A DNA stretch of 63,775 nucleotides, filler included, from Atractiella rhizophila (taxonomy: Eukaryota): the NCBI GenBank assembly GCA_021432655.1. It is 4 parts of 4 records of this genome, joined end to end, with 100 filler letters (N's around TTAATTAATTAA, not from the genome) between each part and the next. Parts side by side here need not be neighbours in the genome. Positions count along the whole stretch, not along the records: positions 27,212 to 54,290 come from MU271749.1; positions 54,391 to 60,895 come from MU271824.1; 2 more parts are not named here. One strand, written 5' to 3'. Below the pieces are notes generated by a model. That model was not told the origin of the DNA, did not search any database, and worked only from the letters and a program-made list of their open reading frames with translations. The position numbers and the translations under genes were made by a program. Below are positions 37,393-55,429 of this stretch, in pieces. How positions within the stretch are numbered: position 1 is the stretch's first letter; the number at the start of each line of letters is the position of its first letter.

Positions 37393-38971
37393 ATTGCATA
37401 TCTGCGTTATCACCTCTCACTGCATGTCCCTTTTCAAGCTCTTGGGAGATCACACTATCTATGGATTCTGCTTTGTTCATTAGAAAGATGTTCGGTGATG
37501 GGATTGCCTTTTGATATTTGGAATTCCGTATTCGCGCTCAACCTAGTGCATTTCTACTCTCCATGCTGTCCATATCCCATTCTTGGTACTTGCAAGCTTG
37601 ACGCCTTGTACTTACATGAGGCTGTTGCTCGGGCTGGCCGCTCAAGGCGATATTCTTCCCGTTAATCACCACCCGGACATTCTATATTTGGTCGGCCTTC
37701 TCTTCTGCAAGTTCTGCTCAACCAGCATCCCACTTCAGTCCCTCGTTTCTTTCCTTCAAGAGCAGCTTCTTCAAGCACCAACCCCTCCTTTCCTCCTCCG
37801 CATACCTCACACTTGTTGTTTACTTGACAAAAGGTTCCGACGCCGAGAATCTGCGGCGCGCACATCCTCCCGCTCGTCCAAGAAAAGCACCATCGACGAC
37901 AAAAGCGCTCGACGTTTCGACGTCACCCTTTCTGGGGTCCTTACATTCCTGCATTCCTCGCTACAGCGGACGTGATTCCCTTCGGTTGTAGGAGTAGGCA
38001 AACTCTGTAGGGATACGTAAATAGGAACGAACGTGGTGAGTCTCTCTTTCAGTTGAAACGTTCTAGGAGGAGACAGGACATGGAGACGTTTTTCTTTGTA
38101 ATGTGGTATTGGGACGAGTCTCGTTGAGAATAACTGGACTTTGGACAATTGCTTGGAGGATGGTGCTCATTGGTTCTCATGCTCCGATCACCTGTTATTG
38201 GAGGAAGAGCGAGTCAACAGTTTGACTTTTCGCAAGGAGTGCTTCCACTTGAGAATTGTCAGGGAAGTGGTAGGAGCTGGTCTGCCTTCCGAATTGCTTG
38301 GGGTGCTGAAGACGCCATCTGCCAAGTCCCGTCGCCAAACCGGAGCGGGATAGCTGCGAGCAAGATTATGCCATATGCCCTTGCGCACGTGCAGTCTGTA
38401 AGATTCACAGGTTTGCTTGCTGTCGCGCTTTTTTTTCTCAGGAAGATGTGAAGCCGGAAGTGCAGCTGTGGAAAATGGATCACATGAAATGTGGATAGAA
38501 GAGTCATACTTGCTATTCAATGTCCGCGGATTCTTGTTTTGAATTCGCCTTTGAGATGGGCCAGGCTAGAGAGCAAGCTTGCTCAACGAGCGAGTTGTGT
38601 TGAACAATGGTCATTGCGCACTGCCTGAAAGTTATAGATCCAACAACACTTCCTGTTTGGGAAGATGAGTGAAATAGATTTGACACTGGAAGGCACAATC
38701 GCGATTGGGAATTCCTTTCTGCCATCGCCATCGGCAACCTTGAGCACACAGCGCTCGAAAATCCTGCAAGGAAGCATTCTATCGTGCTGAGGAAGTTCCA
38801 AGATGTCTAGAATGTTGCAACCAGGTGCAACGTTCTCATCCGGCGCCTTTCGGCGCTCACCCTTGTTTCCAGAAGCAAGGCCGAAAAAGACACCGCTGAC
38901 TTTCGCGGCATAGAAAACTCTGCCTTCTTTTCTCTATCTTCCTTCAGCTCTTCGACCTTTCTCCATCTGCC

Positions 38972-40372
38972 ATGTCTACATCTACAACAGGCACAACACT
39001 TCCAGCTCAAACCAACATACCCGATGCGGACGCGAAATCTTCATCCTCACATTCTTCGTCCTTCCCTCTCGCGGCGATAATTGTCGTTGGGATCGTGGGA
39101 GCGGTTCTTGCACTCATTCTTTCTTACAAGATCTACCGCTGCCTCTGGCGGCGGAGGAGTGCTCCGTTGCCCGCATTGGATCGAAACTTGTTGGATAAGG
39201 AGGAAGCAGACTATGGGTACCCAGATCGTCAGCGTCCAGTCAGTACATTAGATGAGAAGGATTCTGGATTTTTTGGAACCGGCGGGTCGTCGCGGATGAG
39301 CTCTTTGGCCTACGAACGAGGGAGTGAACCGTCCACCCCACCTTCTGCACAAACCTCATTCGGAGGGCGTAACACACCTACACATCCCCCTGCTACGGCT
39401 ACGCTGCCTTCTGCCCACCAAAGGTACTCCTCCAGCCCTGGACCACAGAACCGTCATTCCATGTACGCCCTTGGAGGTGCAGGCGGAAGCTTTCCCCGTG
39501 CATCGGCCAGCAATCGACGCTCAATCTACGCCATGTCTCGTCACACTCCCCTTTCATCATCCCGTCCTGCCTCCTTCCATTCCCGTCCGTCCTCGTTTCA
39601 TGCTGCGCAGCTACAACCGCAACAGGTTCGCGCTCCCAATCGTTTGTCTGGCGCACCCCACTCCGTCTACTCCCAAATCGAAATTATTCCTCCGAAACCG
39701 CTAGGGAAGGAATATACCACGGTGATGGGGATAGAGAAGGATAAACTCGGATTTTCAGAGGCGAGCGGGATCGGGTTGCAACGAGACGACAGCGATTGGT
39801 TCCGGGAGCAGGTCAGGAGCGAGAGTCAGAGGACGGGTTTGACAGAGGAGGAGATTGGGCATGCAATGATGAAGAGGATGAGGGAGGACCCGCATTCGAG
39901 ACAGTCCAGCTACATGAGCCAACCTTCCTCATCCTCGCAAGAACAACCCAGTCTCAACTCGTCCTTACATCTTCCGACGGACGGGAACAGCTTCCCCTTT
40001 CAAGGACCTGATCCATTGGGCTCTACCTCTCGCGTGGCGTCCTCACCTGGCATCTCGAGAGGAGGAACGTTAAGAACCGGCGACTCTGGATCTTCTCAAG
40101 ACGACGACGAGTTCTTCCTCGCTGGTGCCAGTGCTGCCTCCCAACCAGACGATACGACCCGTGGACGTCCGAGTGGAAACACCAATTCGAGCATGAAGCG
40201 TAGTCCACTAGACCGCCTACAAAAACAGGCGGAGCGAGAATCGCGTCGGATGGGCAGCGATGACAGCACGGTTGAGGGAACTGTATCTTCTGAGCCTGTT
40301 GGAGCAATGCGAGAGGGAGAGGGACGAGAGGGGAAAGTGACCGAGGCTCTTGATATGGGCGGGAAGCGATAA
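38972..40372 (+). CDS. Intronless single-pass membrane protein with long Ser/Pro-rich tail
   Basis: 466-aa ORF with TM segment LAAIIVVGIVGAVLALILSY followed by basic RCLWRRRS. Confidence 0.75.
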   Translation: MSTSTTGTTLPAQTNIPDADAKSSSSHSSSFPLAAIIVVGIVGAVLALILSYKIYRCLWRRRSAPLPALDRNLLDKEEADYGYPDRQRPVSTLDEKDSGFFGTGGSSRMSSLAYERGSEPSTPPSAQTSFGGRNTPTHPPATATLPSAHQRYSSSPGPQNRHSMYALGGAGGSFPRASASNRRSIYAMSRHTPLSSSRPASFHSRPSSFHAAQLQPQQVRAPNRLSGAPHSVYSQIEIIPPKPLGKEYTTVMGIEKDKLGFSEASGIGLQRDDSDWFREQVRSESQRTGLTEEEIGHAMMKRMREDPHSRQSSYMSQPSSSSQEQPSLNSSLHLPTDGNSFPFQGPDPLGSTSRVASSPGISRGGTLRTGDSGSSQDDDEFFLAGASAASQPDDTTRGRPSGNTNSSMKRSPLDRLQKQAERESRRMGSDDSTVEGTVSSEPVGAMREGEGREGKVTEALDMGGKR

Positions 40373-41319
40373 TCTAGAAGGCGGTCGTGACGTTGCTCAC
40401 GCACCTCTAGCGTAAAGTCGGTTCCTCAGTCCGATTGTTAATGTTCCCGATAAGCTGATAAGACTCTAGATGATTCTGTTGTGGATCTCTGCTGCGCTCA
40501 ACCCTCACTTATCACTTGATTACCTTTCTAGTCCTGTTGTTTAAAAGATTTCATCGCACTCGCTCAATTAGCTGTAGATAGCACACCAACATTCTCGACA
40601 CTCGTAATACGGACTTGACTTGAATGGATTCGATTGTCCCTGCTCTTCTCTGCTCAATGGGACCTGTTCAACCTGATCATCCATCAAAGTTCTGCGGTTT
40701 AGATTCCTTTGGACAATCTTCCCCTATTCGTGTTTCATCTCCGCATGACCCCCTTATCGACTGCTCTTATATGTTCTGACCTTTCTTGTCTTCCGATGTC
40801 TTCAAGTTACTTCATTCAAGATGTTGTGAAATACTATTCGATTTGCAGTCTGATTTGGAAATGATTGGATATGAGTACATTTCATTTTTGACACCACAAC
40901 ATCCTACACTAGAGGCAAATGAAAAAAAGTTGACCAAAGAGTGATGTGATAAATTGAAAGAAAGAATTGTCCTTGTGTTTTGTCCATCAATAAAAGATTT
41001 TGTACAGTCCACGACGATCACAACAACTGCCACACGATATGCGTGTGTGCATGTGCAAAGGGTTTGACCTCTTCAGAATGTGGATGAGCTCCAACACGAC
41101 GGACGGTGAAAACCGCGATGCGTGAGGGGAAACGAGGTCCAACGAGCATCCAATCCCAGCCAGATAGGTCTGTAAGACGGTAGGTGCGCCTGCGAAGGAG
41201 ATGATAAGCGTGTGAAAAGATGACATAGGATGAAACATACGAGAAAGGTTTTCTCGCTCACATCCCGTCGACGTAACATATTTGTCGTACGCTTCCTACG
41301 AATAAAGGCATTTGACGAT

Positions 41320-42145
41320 TTAAGGCGCGAAGGAGACCCAGTGAGAGTTCGGGGCAGAATCGAACATCATCCCCTTGAGTTGTTCCCTGAGGCCGCTCTG
41401 GACATCCTTCTTCCTGATCGTCCGACTCTTCTGCCTCCTTTGATCGTATTGGAACTTCTCCATCTTCTCCATCTTTTCAGCGGCCAGTTTCTCCGCCCAC
41501 TCTTGCTCGTATGTTCCCAGAACCAGTCCGAGATCTTCATCCTCTTCCCGGATGCGCCAGTTGAGAGAAGCGAGGAGCGACATCTCCATGTTGTTGATTT
41601 CTTTGACGCTAAACATGCGCTTGGAGGCAATGTGGAATGATCCGTTCGCTAAATGAATCTCAGTCAGTGTTTTCCCCTCGTGCAGAATGAGTAAAACATA
41701 CAAAAACAGTCATCCATCATGTATTTCGAGGAAAGGATGGTAGCGGAGAGGAGGAGGGAGTGATAGAAGTTTGGGGGAGTGGGTGAGCTTGGATCGAGGA
41801 CGTAGGCGAGCGAGATGCGGCGGAGAAGATGGAGAGCCAGGAAGACGTAGGAATTGGGAATGGCCGTTCGATAGAGAAGATAAGCCTGCAATAACCTAAA
41901 TTAGGACTGATAAGCAGCGAAGAACATGAACACTCACATACCACTCCGCGACGGAGGGATCAGTTGCTGTGGATGATTGACCTTCGAGTGGAAAGAGGCA
42001 TGTAACGCTCTTCTCAGCGAAAAGGCAGATATCTGCATTGATCTCATATTAGCACCGTTCTTCTATCTTCCGATAAGGAGGGCAACTAACCTTTCCTTCC
42101 AAAGTATTTATCAACAACAGCGGCGTTGGTGAATTGCTTGCTCAT
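41320..42145 (-). CDS. Pho80/Pcl-type cyclin (multi-exon)
   Basis: Cyclin box: YLLYRTAIPNSYVFLALHLLRRI, LLLSATILSSKYMMDDC and MFSVKEINNMEMSLLASLNWRI. Confidence 0.8.
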
Positions 42146-43436
42146 TGGGATTCTAAAGACTCTTGGTGAAGTGTAGTCGTTTGTGGACTGATTTGGGTTG
42201 ATTAGGAGATGGGGAAGGGAAAGGCGAAGGTCTGGTTTATATGTTCGGGCTCTCGCTCGAACGAATCACACATCCCGAACTCATCAATAAAATAACGCGC
42301 GTCGCGGCTTCGCTCCGCTGGATAAATTGGGGGTTGCTGCGTGAGCCAACGCAGTTACGCCGAACACGTAGGGCAACGGCTTCGAACGGGCTCAATTCTC
42401 TCCTTGACAGACAATCACACCCAAGCCAAAATAAGGCTGGGCTCGTGAAAGTGGGTCAGTCGGACGCCTGAAAACATCAGGGACCACTCAGACGAACCGC
42501 TTCTTGCCAATGGTTTCAACAACTCCCATCCCCAACGCGCTACGATTCCGACGCGTTGGTGCCAATCTCTCGCTCGCTCGCAAGCCCAACGGCAAGCGAC
42601 AGTGACGACCTTTCCCTGCGGAGGCGGAGCGGGTCATCGTGCGGAGGCGAGGCTCCGGCGGCGAGCTAACGCGTCAGAAACTCCATAAACGTTGTTTTCT
42701 TCGGGCGAAGCGGATAAAAAGGCAAACGGGCACGAACTTGAGGAAAACGTTAGGGAAACAAAGGAAAGTGTCCGAAATGAGTCTCTTAGCAATGCCCGTC
42801 GGTTGCTTATGAGACCAACGGCAACCTCAATATTGTTGTCTGAAGCCAAAGGAAGTTAATGCGTTCAGCGGAAACATGAAGAGCAACTCTTCTCGAGCCA
42901 ACTTCACGATCTAGCATACGCTGAAGAGACAAAGCTGGGGACGCAAAGGACGAAGGAAAACGGGACAATTGACAATTGATGGGAGTTTGTGTCCTTTTCC
43001 GTCCCCAATCGTGCTGACAGTGGAGGTTTGCCATGTTTTTCCTCCCACTGCTGGCTGCTGGCAGCTGCCATTCCGTCCGATATCCCGGAGCACAATGAAA
43101 TCATTGACCAACGTTGACATATTGAGACTAGAACACACGATGGACACTTGTAGGATGAACTGTGTGGGATGGGATTTGGAGTCACGGTGGAAGGGAGAAG
43201 CCAGAAGCCAGAAGCTAGAACATGTATATCATTGCTGTCATTTAAGATGACCCCTAAGCGTTTCAGCATGCTCTTCCTTAAGAGTTACTCGACAGCATTC
43301 AGAATACTTGCAGACTTGCAGTGGAGGTGAGTTAAGGCGGAAGTTGAAGGCAGGAGACTTCCCGAAAAATTGTCTTCATTGGACGTGACAAAACATAATT
43401 CCCAATCTATTTACTTCCAACATTACAGGTAAATAA

Positions 43437-49094
<5,658 letters not shown>

Positions 49095-50291
49095 CTTCTG
49101 CCTTCAATCTCCTAGCAGGCAGGGAGGGGAATTCGGGAACGAGGAATAAAAAGAGGAAACAATTTGAGATGTAAAGTGGGTTTATATATGTAAGAGTTCG
49201 TAAGCAGCGGGATGGGAATCGCAGCCGAACTCGCACTCGATTTGAAAGGAGTTCTGCGTACGCAAGTGCACGGCTGTGGGTGTTGACCTTTGGTTTGAGG
49301 CTATTGAGGACAAAGACGAAGTTGGATCGTGTGGACCTGAAATACTCCCGAACGAAGCAATAATCTCGTTCCCAGACTATCCCTTCAACCTGGTTCGCGA
49401 GAGCTCAAACATGAACAAGTTTCTGCAAGAGCAAGGGACAGAACCTATAAAAAGCATTGATACTTACACAGTAAACACTGGACCGAATCACTCTGTTTCC
49501 AAGTCAAGCCCCGATCCCTCGATTGACTCTGACCGTGACGACGCTGTTGGGCTCGTCGTTTGCGAAAGTGGCGATTTGAAGGAGCTGGCATGTCTTCCGA
49601 TGCTGGTGACCTCGCTCCGTCGGCTGACGAGTGCCGGACCCCTGGATGCGCGAATGAAAAGCGCCGCTTTCGAAAACGGCGATTTGGGATTAGTTCAAGT
49701 CTGTCAAAGATCGACAAAGATGCAGGATATCCACAAGAATATTAATGGTCACCTTGAGAAATTGTGAATGGCAAGGGTTTGGTGAGAAGAACTGGAGGAT
49801 GAGTACAAGGGATAACGATGTCGAGCTGGATCCAGGACGGATGGGGATGAAGCAAAAGGGTGAACAATGCAAGCAGAGTTGGGCAACTAGCAATGCTGGC
49901 AAGCAAGATGGCTTGCACATGATGTAGTAAGCTCTTTTGTGTCTGTGAGGTCGGAATGAGAGGCGTCGTCTGAAATCGATTTCTCATCGTCGAGGCCACC
50001 ACATGCCCAAATGTGCGATGTGATCTTTGGCTTGCGACGCGAGGTATGAGAGTAATGACTGTTGGGCCGCTGTCACGGACCAATCCAAAATGTCAGGTTG
50101 GATAATAAACCGGTCTAAATGGTTGCTCGTTGCAATATCTACGAGATGTGCTGCATCCAAACAGTCATCGAAGCAGGTGCAAATACGCAAATTGGTCTGC
50201 AAAATCCGCCACAATGCTTCTGCATTTAACTCTCTTGTAAGCTGTGAGAATCTGACTTTTCATTTTCAGCCTTGTGGACCAAACATTACGC

Positions 50292-51673
50292 TCATACAGA
50301 CAGAGTATGTTCTACATGCTTATTGTACCTCCCTCCAGCAACACCAGCGGTAGCTTCTCTGATCTCTTTGTCTTCTTCATCCGTAATCGTTACCTCCAAC
50401 GCCTTTAGATTTTCCAATATCACCTGCGGTCGAGAGCTTCCAGGGATGGGCACAAAGCCATCAGGTCGCTGCTTCAGTATCCAGGCGAGGGAAAGCTGCG
50501 CAGGAGTCACACCTTTCTTCTCTGCGATGGATCTGAACTTGGTGACGAGCGCGTAGTTATGTTCCCAGTGCTCAGGCTACACCTACATTTAAACGGAAGG
50601 ATTGGGAAACAGTGGACTTTACTTACCTGGAACCTGTCATATTTGTGCCTCATATCCCCTTTGTGGATGTCCGTTGGCTTTGTCAGTGCTCCTGTGAGAA
50701 TTCCACGGCCTGAAAAGCGCAAAAATCAGTTCATCTTCTTCTGTGATCTCAAAGAACGAACTGAGCGGAGAGTAAGCTGCTATTGGGATGTCGAGTTCTT
50801 TGCAGGTGGCGAGTAAACCGCTCGCTTCCATGTCGCGACTAAACGGACTATACTCTTCTTCGAGCTGTAAATGATATGTTGAGCTAGACGCAGAGAGGGC
50901 TGAAAACGACGCACTATGGCGATGGGACAAATGGCATGTGCCTTCCTGACTGTGTTCGCGGAACATCTATTCGTGCACGTCAGCTACCTTCAGAGTTGGT
51001 ACGAGGAAAATCAACAGCATACTCTGATAGTCCGACGTAATCAAAGAGGCCCTCGTCGATCATAGCTCTCAAATCCTTCATCACCTGCTCGATGGGGACC
51101 TTAGGATCGACTATTATCAGCATGTATCAAAATTTGGCTCATGTTTGCAAGAAACAAGAGGGACGAACTCCTGGCAGGTTCGAAAAGATCCAATCGCTTG
51201 TGCTCTCCAAGCAACTCTGTTATCCTCCCAACACTCCTCCGGAGACCATCAGTCGAGCAATCTGGCTGGAAGGTCTTCATGCTAAATGCGCCTTTGACGG
51301 ATAGAAAGCATTTGCTCGCATATTCAGGATATTTGGTGAAAAATCGATTCAGGAGTTTGAGGTTCGCCTCCGTATCAGGCGGATAACCATAGAATTCGCC
51401 TGTGACCCGCAAGTGAGGAAGATGGACGGAAAGTTAAGTGCAAGGCATACCTGCGTTCAAGAAGGTAGCACCCGCATCAATGGCGGTTTTGATAGCTTCG
51501 AAAGCCTGCTCGTCGGATACAGGTACAGGTTTTCCAGTGCTATTGTAACGCGTCGTGAGTTGCGGATCGATGTGAAGAGGAGGTATTCACAGTCCCATCA
51601 ATCCGTACCCAATTCTCCCCACAGTCGTCGTTTTGTTGGGACCTTTGATCGTAATATTTTGCGCTTGAGACAT
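50292..51673 (-). CDS. Aldo-keto reductase, pyridoxal reductase-like (multi-exon)
   Basis: RIGYGLMGL, GEFYG, LSVKGA, LDLFEPAR, FDYVGLSE, EYSPF, AYSPL/GRGILTG, TPAQLSLAWIL and PIPGSS. Confidence 0.9.
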
Positions 51674-53444
51674 ATTTCACGGCAGATGATATTGTAATTG
51701 TGACTTGAAGTTCGCGTTTACGTTCGAAGTGGAATGATTTACTTTCGAGCGTTGAAGCATCCTCCTTTTATACGTTCCATTACACTCATTAGGAACTCCC
51801 CTTCGCGGTGCTACTCGTAGCCTAGTTGCCTCAATACAATCCTCCTGTAGTAAGCAAGCGCTATACTCGAATCTTCAATGCCGTTCCCATATCCGAGATC
51901 GGCTGAGGCGGGAGAAACTTTGGGATGAAGCCTCCGACAGCAAGGAAAGTGGAAAATGTTGCAGAGACTCCTCCGAAAAGGCAGGACTCGCATTTTGGGT
52001 CGGTCACGTAGTAATTCTGTCCACGCACTATGTCACTCGGTATTGCTAAGCTAAGCTTTCAGGTGAAAGGAGTGAACTTTCTTACTCAAAGCGCGGCCGC
52101 TTTGATACCGACTACTGTATCTATGTCTTAACATGAGAGCAGCAGAGTGTGAAACAGAACGCCCTGGGGCTAGCAAAGATGTTGTTCAAGGCACAGGTTT
52201 AGTTGCAATGCTTCAGGACTAGGTACAAAGCATGCAAAACAAGCTCAGGTTTAGAATAACCTGGATCAGTTTATCAAACTGTGTGCGGAAATGAGTGTGA
52301 AACTCACTGGCACCCTGGCCTCTGTGCATTTCATGTCAAGAGAGACGTTTAGCAGTTGATGTTGCTGCAGTCGGAGCCGATGATGCAGTCGCAAACGATG
52401 AAGCCCTGTCCCAGTTCTCAGGTCGAGCTTATTGCTCGACTTCAAAGGTACTTACTTGGTTGCCATTCTAGAACCCCAAGTTAGTCATATCATGCTAGGG
52501 CGAGAAGAAAAGACCTTACCAATTGGCACAACCTAGTTCCATCGTTTTCAACACAGACTCCTTCCTGAAGTAAAAAAAACGTCAATGCTGAAGAGAACCC
52601 AAGGATGGGATAAATTTACAATAACTTGCTGCAATGGGTTATAGTCAGCCTCTGAGCTCTAGAAAGAAAGAAATGGAAACAACTAACAGCTGAAGCAACG
52701 GCTGCAAAAGCGAAAGCGGCGAGGATGGCTTTGAAGTGCATATTAGCTGAGAGTGTTGAGCTTGAGAGTTGAGAGGTGTGTAAATAATGTGGTATGAGTT
52801 TGTGTTAAGTATAAGAGGCAAGGTTTCCCTGCTTTTATATCCATCCTTTGCCTCCCCTGTCCCCCGGAATTGAAAACTTGTGGAGTGAAGTCCTACGACT
52901 CCACCTGATGGAAAGAAAACCAACCCCCTCGTCTTGGTCAACGATATTGGATGGCAGTGAGTGACGTTGACAAACATTGGAGGATCCATGGGATTATTCG
53001 AAGCCATCGTCGGCTTATCCGGTGTATGGAGGATAGTCCCAAGGGCACAACGGCAAACCCAGCATCATCGTAAGATACTAAGGGGGGTCCCTCCTTAGAA
53101 GCACGACGATGCTGCTAACCTGTGCGTCGAAATATGTAGTTTCGACATAATAAAGATGAGCCGGGAGAGGCTAAGACGGCTTCCAGTGCTGAATAAGCAG
53201 CTTGGCAGTGAAATGTTACAAGATGAGAGTAGAATTACCACGGAGGTGGAGGGACCGAGCGCCCTGGATGTATCGATGTCACTGGTGAAGCATTTCTTAT
53301 TCAGTAATATATAGTATGGAGCAACGGAACTTGAACCTTGGTAATAAAGTAAAGTAAGCACGAAGAGGGCTCTCACTTTGCATATTCCTCTCTCACGCAA
53401 CCTGTGTCCTTGATGTCAACATTTCTCGAAGGAGAATTGAGTGC

Positions 53445-53449
53445 AAAAA
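53445..53449 (-). terminator. Pol III oligo-T terminator of tRNA-Gly
   Basis: T5 run 3 nt downstream of the discriminator base. Confidence 0.75.
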
Positions 53450-53452
53450 GGG

Positions 53453-53533
53453 TGCTTAGACGGGGAGTCGAACCCCGGTCCACTCGAACTTGCAACTTGG
53501 CAACGAGCGATTCTACCGTTGAACCATCTAAGC
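53453..53533 (-). tRNA. tRNA-Gly(GCC) with 10-nt intron
   Basis: Acceptor stem GCTTAGA/TCTAAGC, D arm GTTC/GAAT, anticodon stem GCTCG/CGAGT with loop TTGCCA, intron 53497-53488 after position 37, T arm CGGGG-TTCGACT-CCCCG. Confidence 0.95.
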
Positions 53534-53733
53534 TTGTTATGCTTTATTGTGGCGATTAACAATCTACGAGCTAAGTAACTCAAACAAGCTCATCCTGTGC
53601 TCATGCTCCTCAACGTGTTGCCAACATAACCGACTCCAACATCCAAGCGCTGTTCTCTCCTGAAAGGTCCAAACGGCAGGCCCTATTTCCTTCAACACCT
53701 TACAGCAATACAACTGTCCATCAGACGCACATC

Positions 53734-54290
53734 ATGGAAACTTCAATCCCACTCACTCCTCCCACCGCATCTCTCTCCCTCGCCGACGCTCCCGAATCCC
53801 CTCCTAAGTCGCCTCTCGAGCACATTGCAGCAGATATGGAGGGCACGGTAGATGTATCTTTGGACGATGGAGAGGAGGAGGACGTGCCTGTTACCCCCAA
53901 GTCTCCTCCAGCACCAATACTTGTACCTGTGGAGCCGATCGCCATCCAGCTCGCGCCGTCTACGCCTTCCAATACCTCTGCTCCGTTCGCTTTAGTAGAG
54001 CCAGAGACGCCGTCTGCTCCTGCGAATGTGCAATCTTTCAGTGAGAGGGATACGGAAGAAAAGAAACCAATGGAAAATGTGGAAACTGCGGAGAGCAGTG
54101 GATGGAGAAGGGAGCAGGAAGTTGAAGGAGATATCCATATTTATGGTATTCTCGTGGTAGGCTTCAATCATCTCATTGGGCCTGAAATTGGTGAGTGCTC
54201 TCGTTATTTCCTTGGCAATAGTGTCCGGTGCAATGCGCTGGCAAAAGCAAGCGAGAACTCTCCTCCTCATTTGGATCGTGACTTTCTTCT
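53734..54290 (+). CDS. AVL9/DENN-like protein, 5' part only (cut by spacer)
   Basis: Disordered N-terminus then IYGILVVGFNHLIGPEI, resembling the start of the Avl9 uDENN module. Confidence 0.65.
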
Positions 54291-54390
54291 NNNNNNNNNN
54301 NNNNNNNNNNNNNNNNNNNNNNNNNNNNNNNNNNTTAATTAATTAANNNNNNNNNNNNNNNNNNNNNNNNNNNNNNNNNNNNNNNNNNNN
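54291..54390. other. Artificial contig spacer N44-TTAATTAATTAA-N44
   Basis: Same 100-nt linker; unrelated genes are truncated on both sides. Confidence 0.97.
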
Positions 54391-54863
54391 AAAGAATGAA
54401 ATCACGGTACCTCTTCGTACTCCCCCTACTGTTTCAGGCACATATGTAAATAGCAGAAGCCGATTCTCGCACTTGATCATTCCGAAATGAACCTCTTGGC
54501 TTCCACTCTGCGGATTCCTCTCCATCACCAACCCAGTTTGGTCATAACAAAAGTTATCAAACACTCACCAGCAGCGGAACCAACCCTTCAAGCCCATCAG
54601 AGCCTTGATTGTAAAGGTGGACTTTGTCTCGAGTATCTCGATAACCCAGAATGAACCTGAACAGCTCCCAATCAGCTGAAGGAACATTCCAACATGACAC
54701 CATCGCACCAGTCAATCTTCCCATCCTGTGCCTTGATATCCTCATATGCTGAATCCCGAAAACATGAGCATTAGCGAAGATCCACAAAAGATGAGCTAGA
54801 AAACGAGCCGCGAAGTAAACGCGTACCTGCGGAAATGTTGGGGTCACTGAGATCGCAGGACAT
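54391..54863 (-). CDS. ADF-H (cofilin/coactosin-like) domain protein, 5' part only
   Basis: Spliced MSCDLSDPNISAAYEDIK..DW/FILGY..KVHLYNQGSDGLEGL...VHFGMIK..RLLLFTYVPETVGGVRR. Confidence 0.75.
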
Positions 54864-55150
54864 AGCTGCTTCCTGGACACGTAAGGCGAGACCAGAGGTC
54901 TTACTGCCTGACTTTGGAGACCAGAAAACCTTGGACGTTCTACGCGAATTGGCGTTAGGTTTCCGCCAGCCTTCCACACAAAAAGTCGATCGTTCCACTC
55001 CAGCTCAGCAAACTCCGGATATTCCGAATCGATATATACTCAAAAGAAGAGACTTTGTACTTTTTCTCTCTTGCGCTTGTGGAATATCTTCCGGAAGAGT
55101 TTTGCTAAGATGTACAAAGATGTAATGTATCTTGCCTTTGTAGCAGTATA

Positions 55151-55360
55151 GTCACGTGACCAAAGCGCGTCGCAAGAGCTGCATCAGGACTCATCAACTT
55201 AGTCTGGAGAGAAAGTTTGAACAAGGCATCACCAAGAGCATCACACGAGCATCACACGGAATCCCTGAGCCAGGGAGGAGTAAGAGGAATACACGATCCC
55301 GTTAAGGGCTACGAAATTTCACGCCAAATTGTCAGTAAGCATATTTGCTCCGTCACGCGT
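55151..55360. promoter_or_regulatory. Bidirectional promoter with E-box GTCACGTGAC (55151-55160) and MCB-like ACGCGT (55355-55360)
   Basis: Motifs lie between divergent ATGs at 54863(-) and 55430(+). Confidence 0.4.
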
Positions 55361-55429
55361 GAGTCCTCCAGCTGTTCGAAACCGTTTGTGTGCTCATTGA
55401 AGGAGAGCAGACAAGTTTCTTTGCTCAAC

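Noticed and set aside
37583..38801. Chain of short minus-strand ORFs between MRPL35 and the TM protein
   Set aside because: It may be a spliced orphan gene, but I could not build a consistent model or recognise a domain.
52050..53400. Gene-poor stretch next to the tRNA as a transposon remnant
   Set aside because: No terminal repeats, target-site duplication, or transposase/RT motifs were identifiable.
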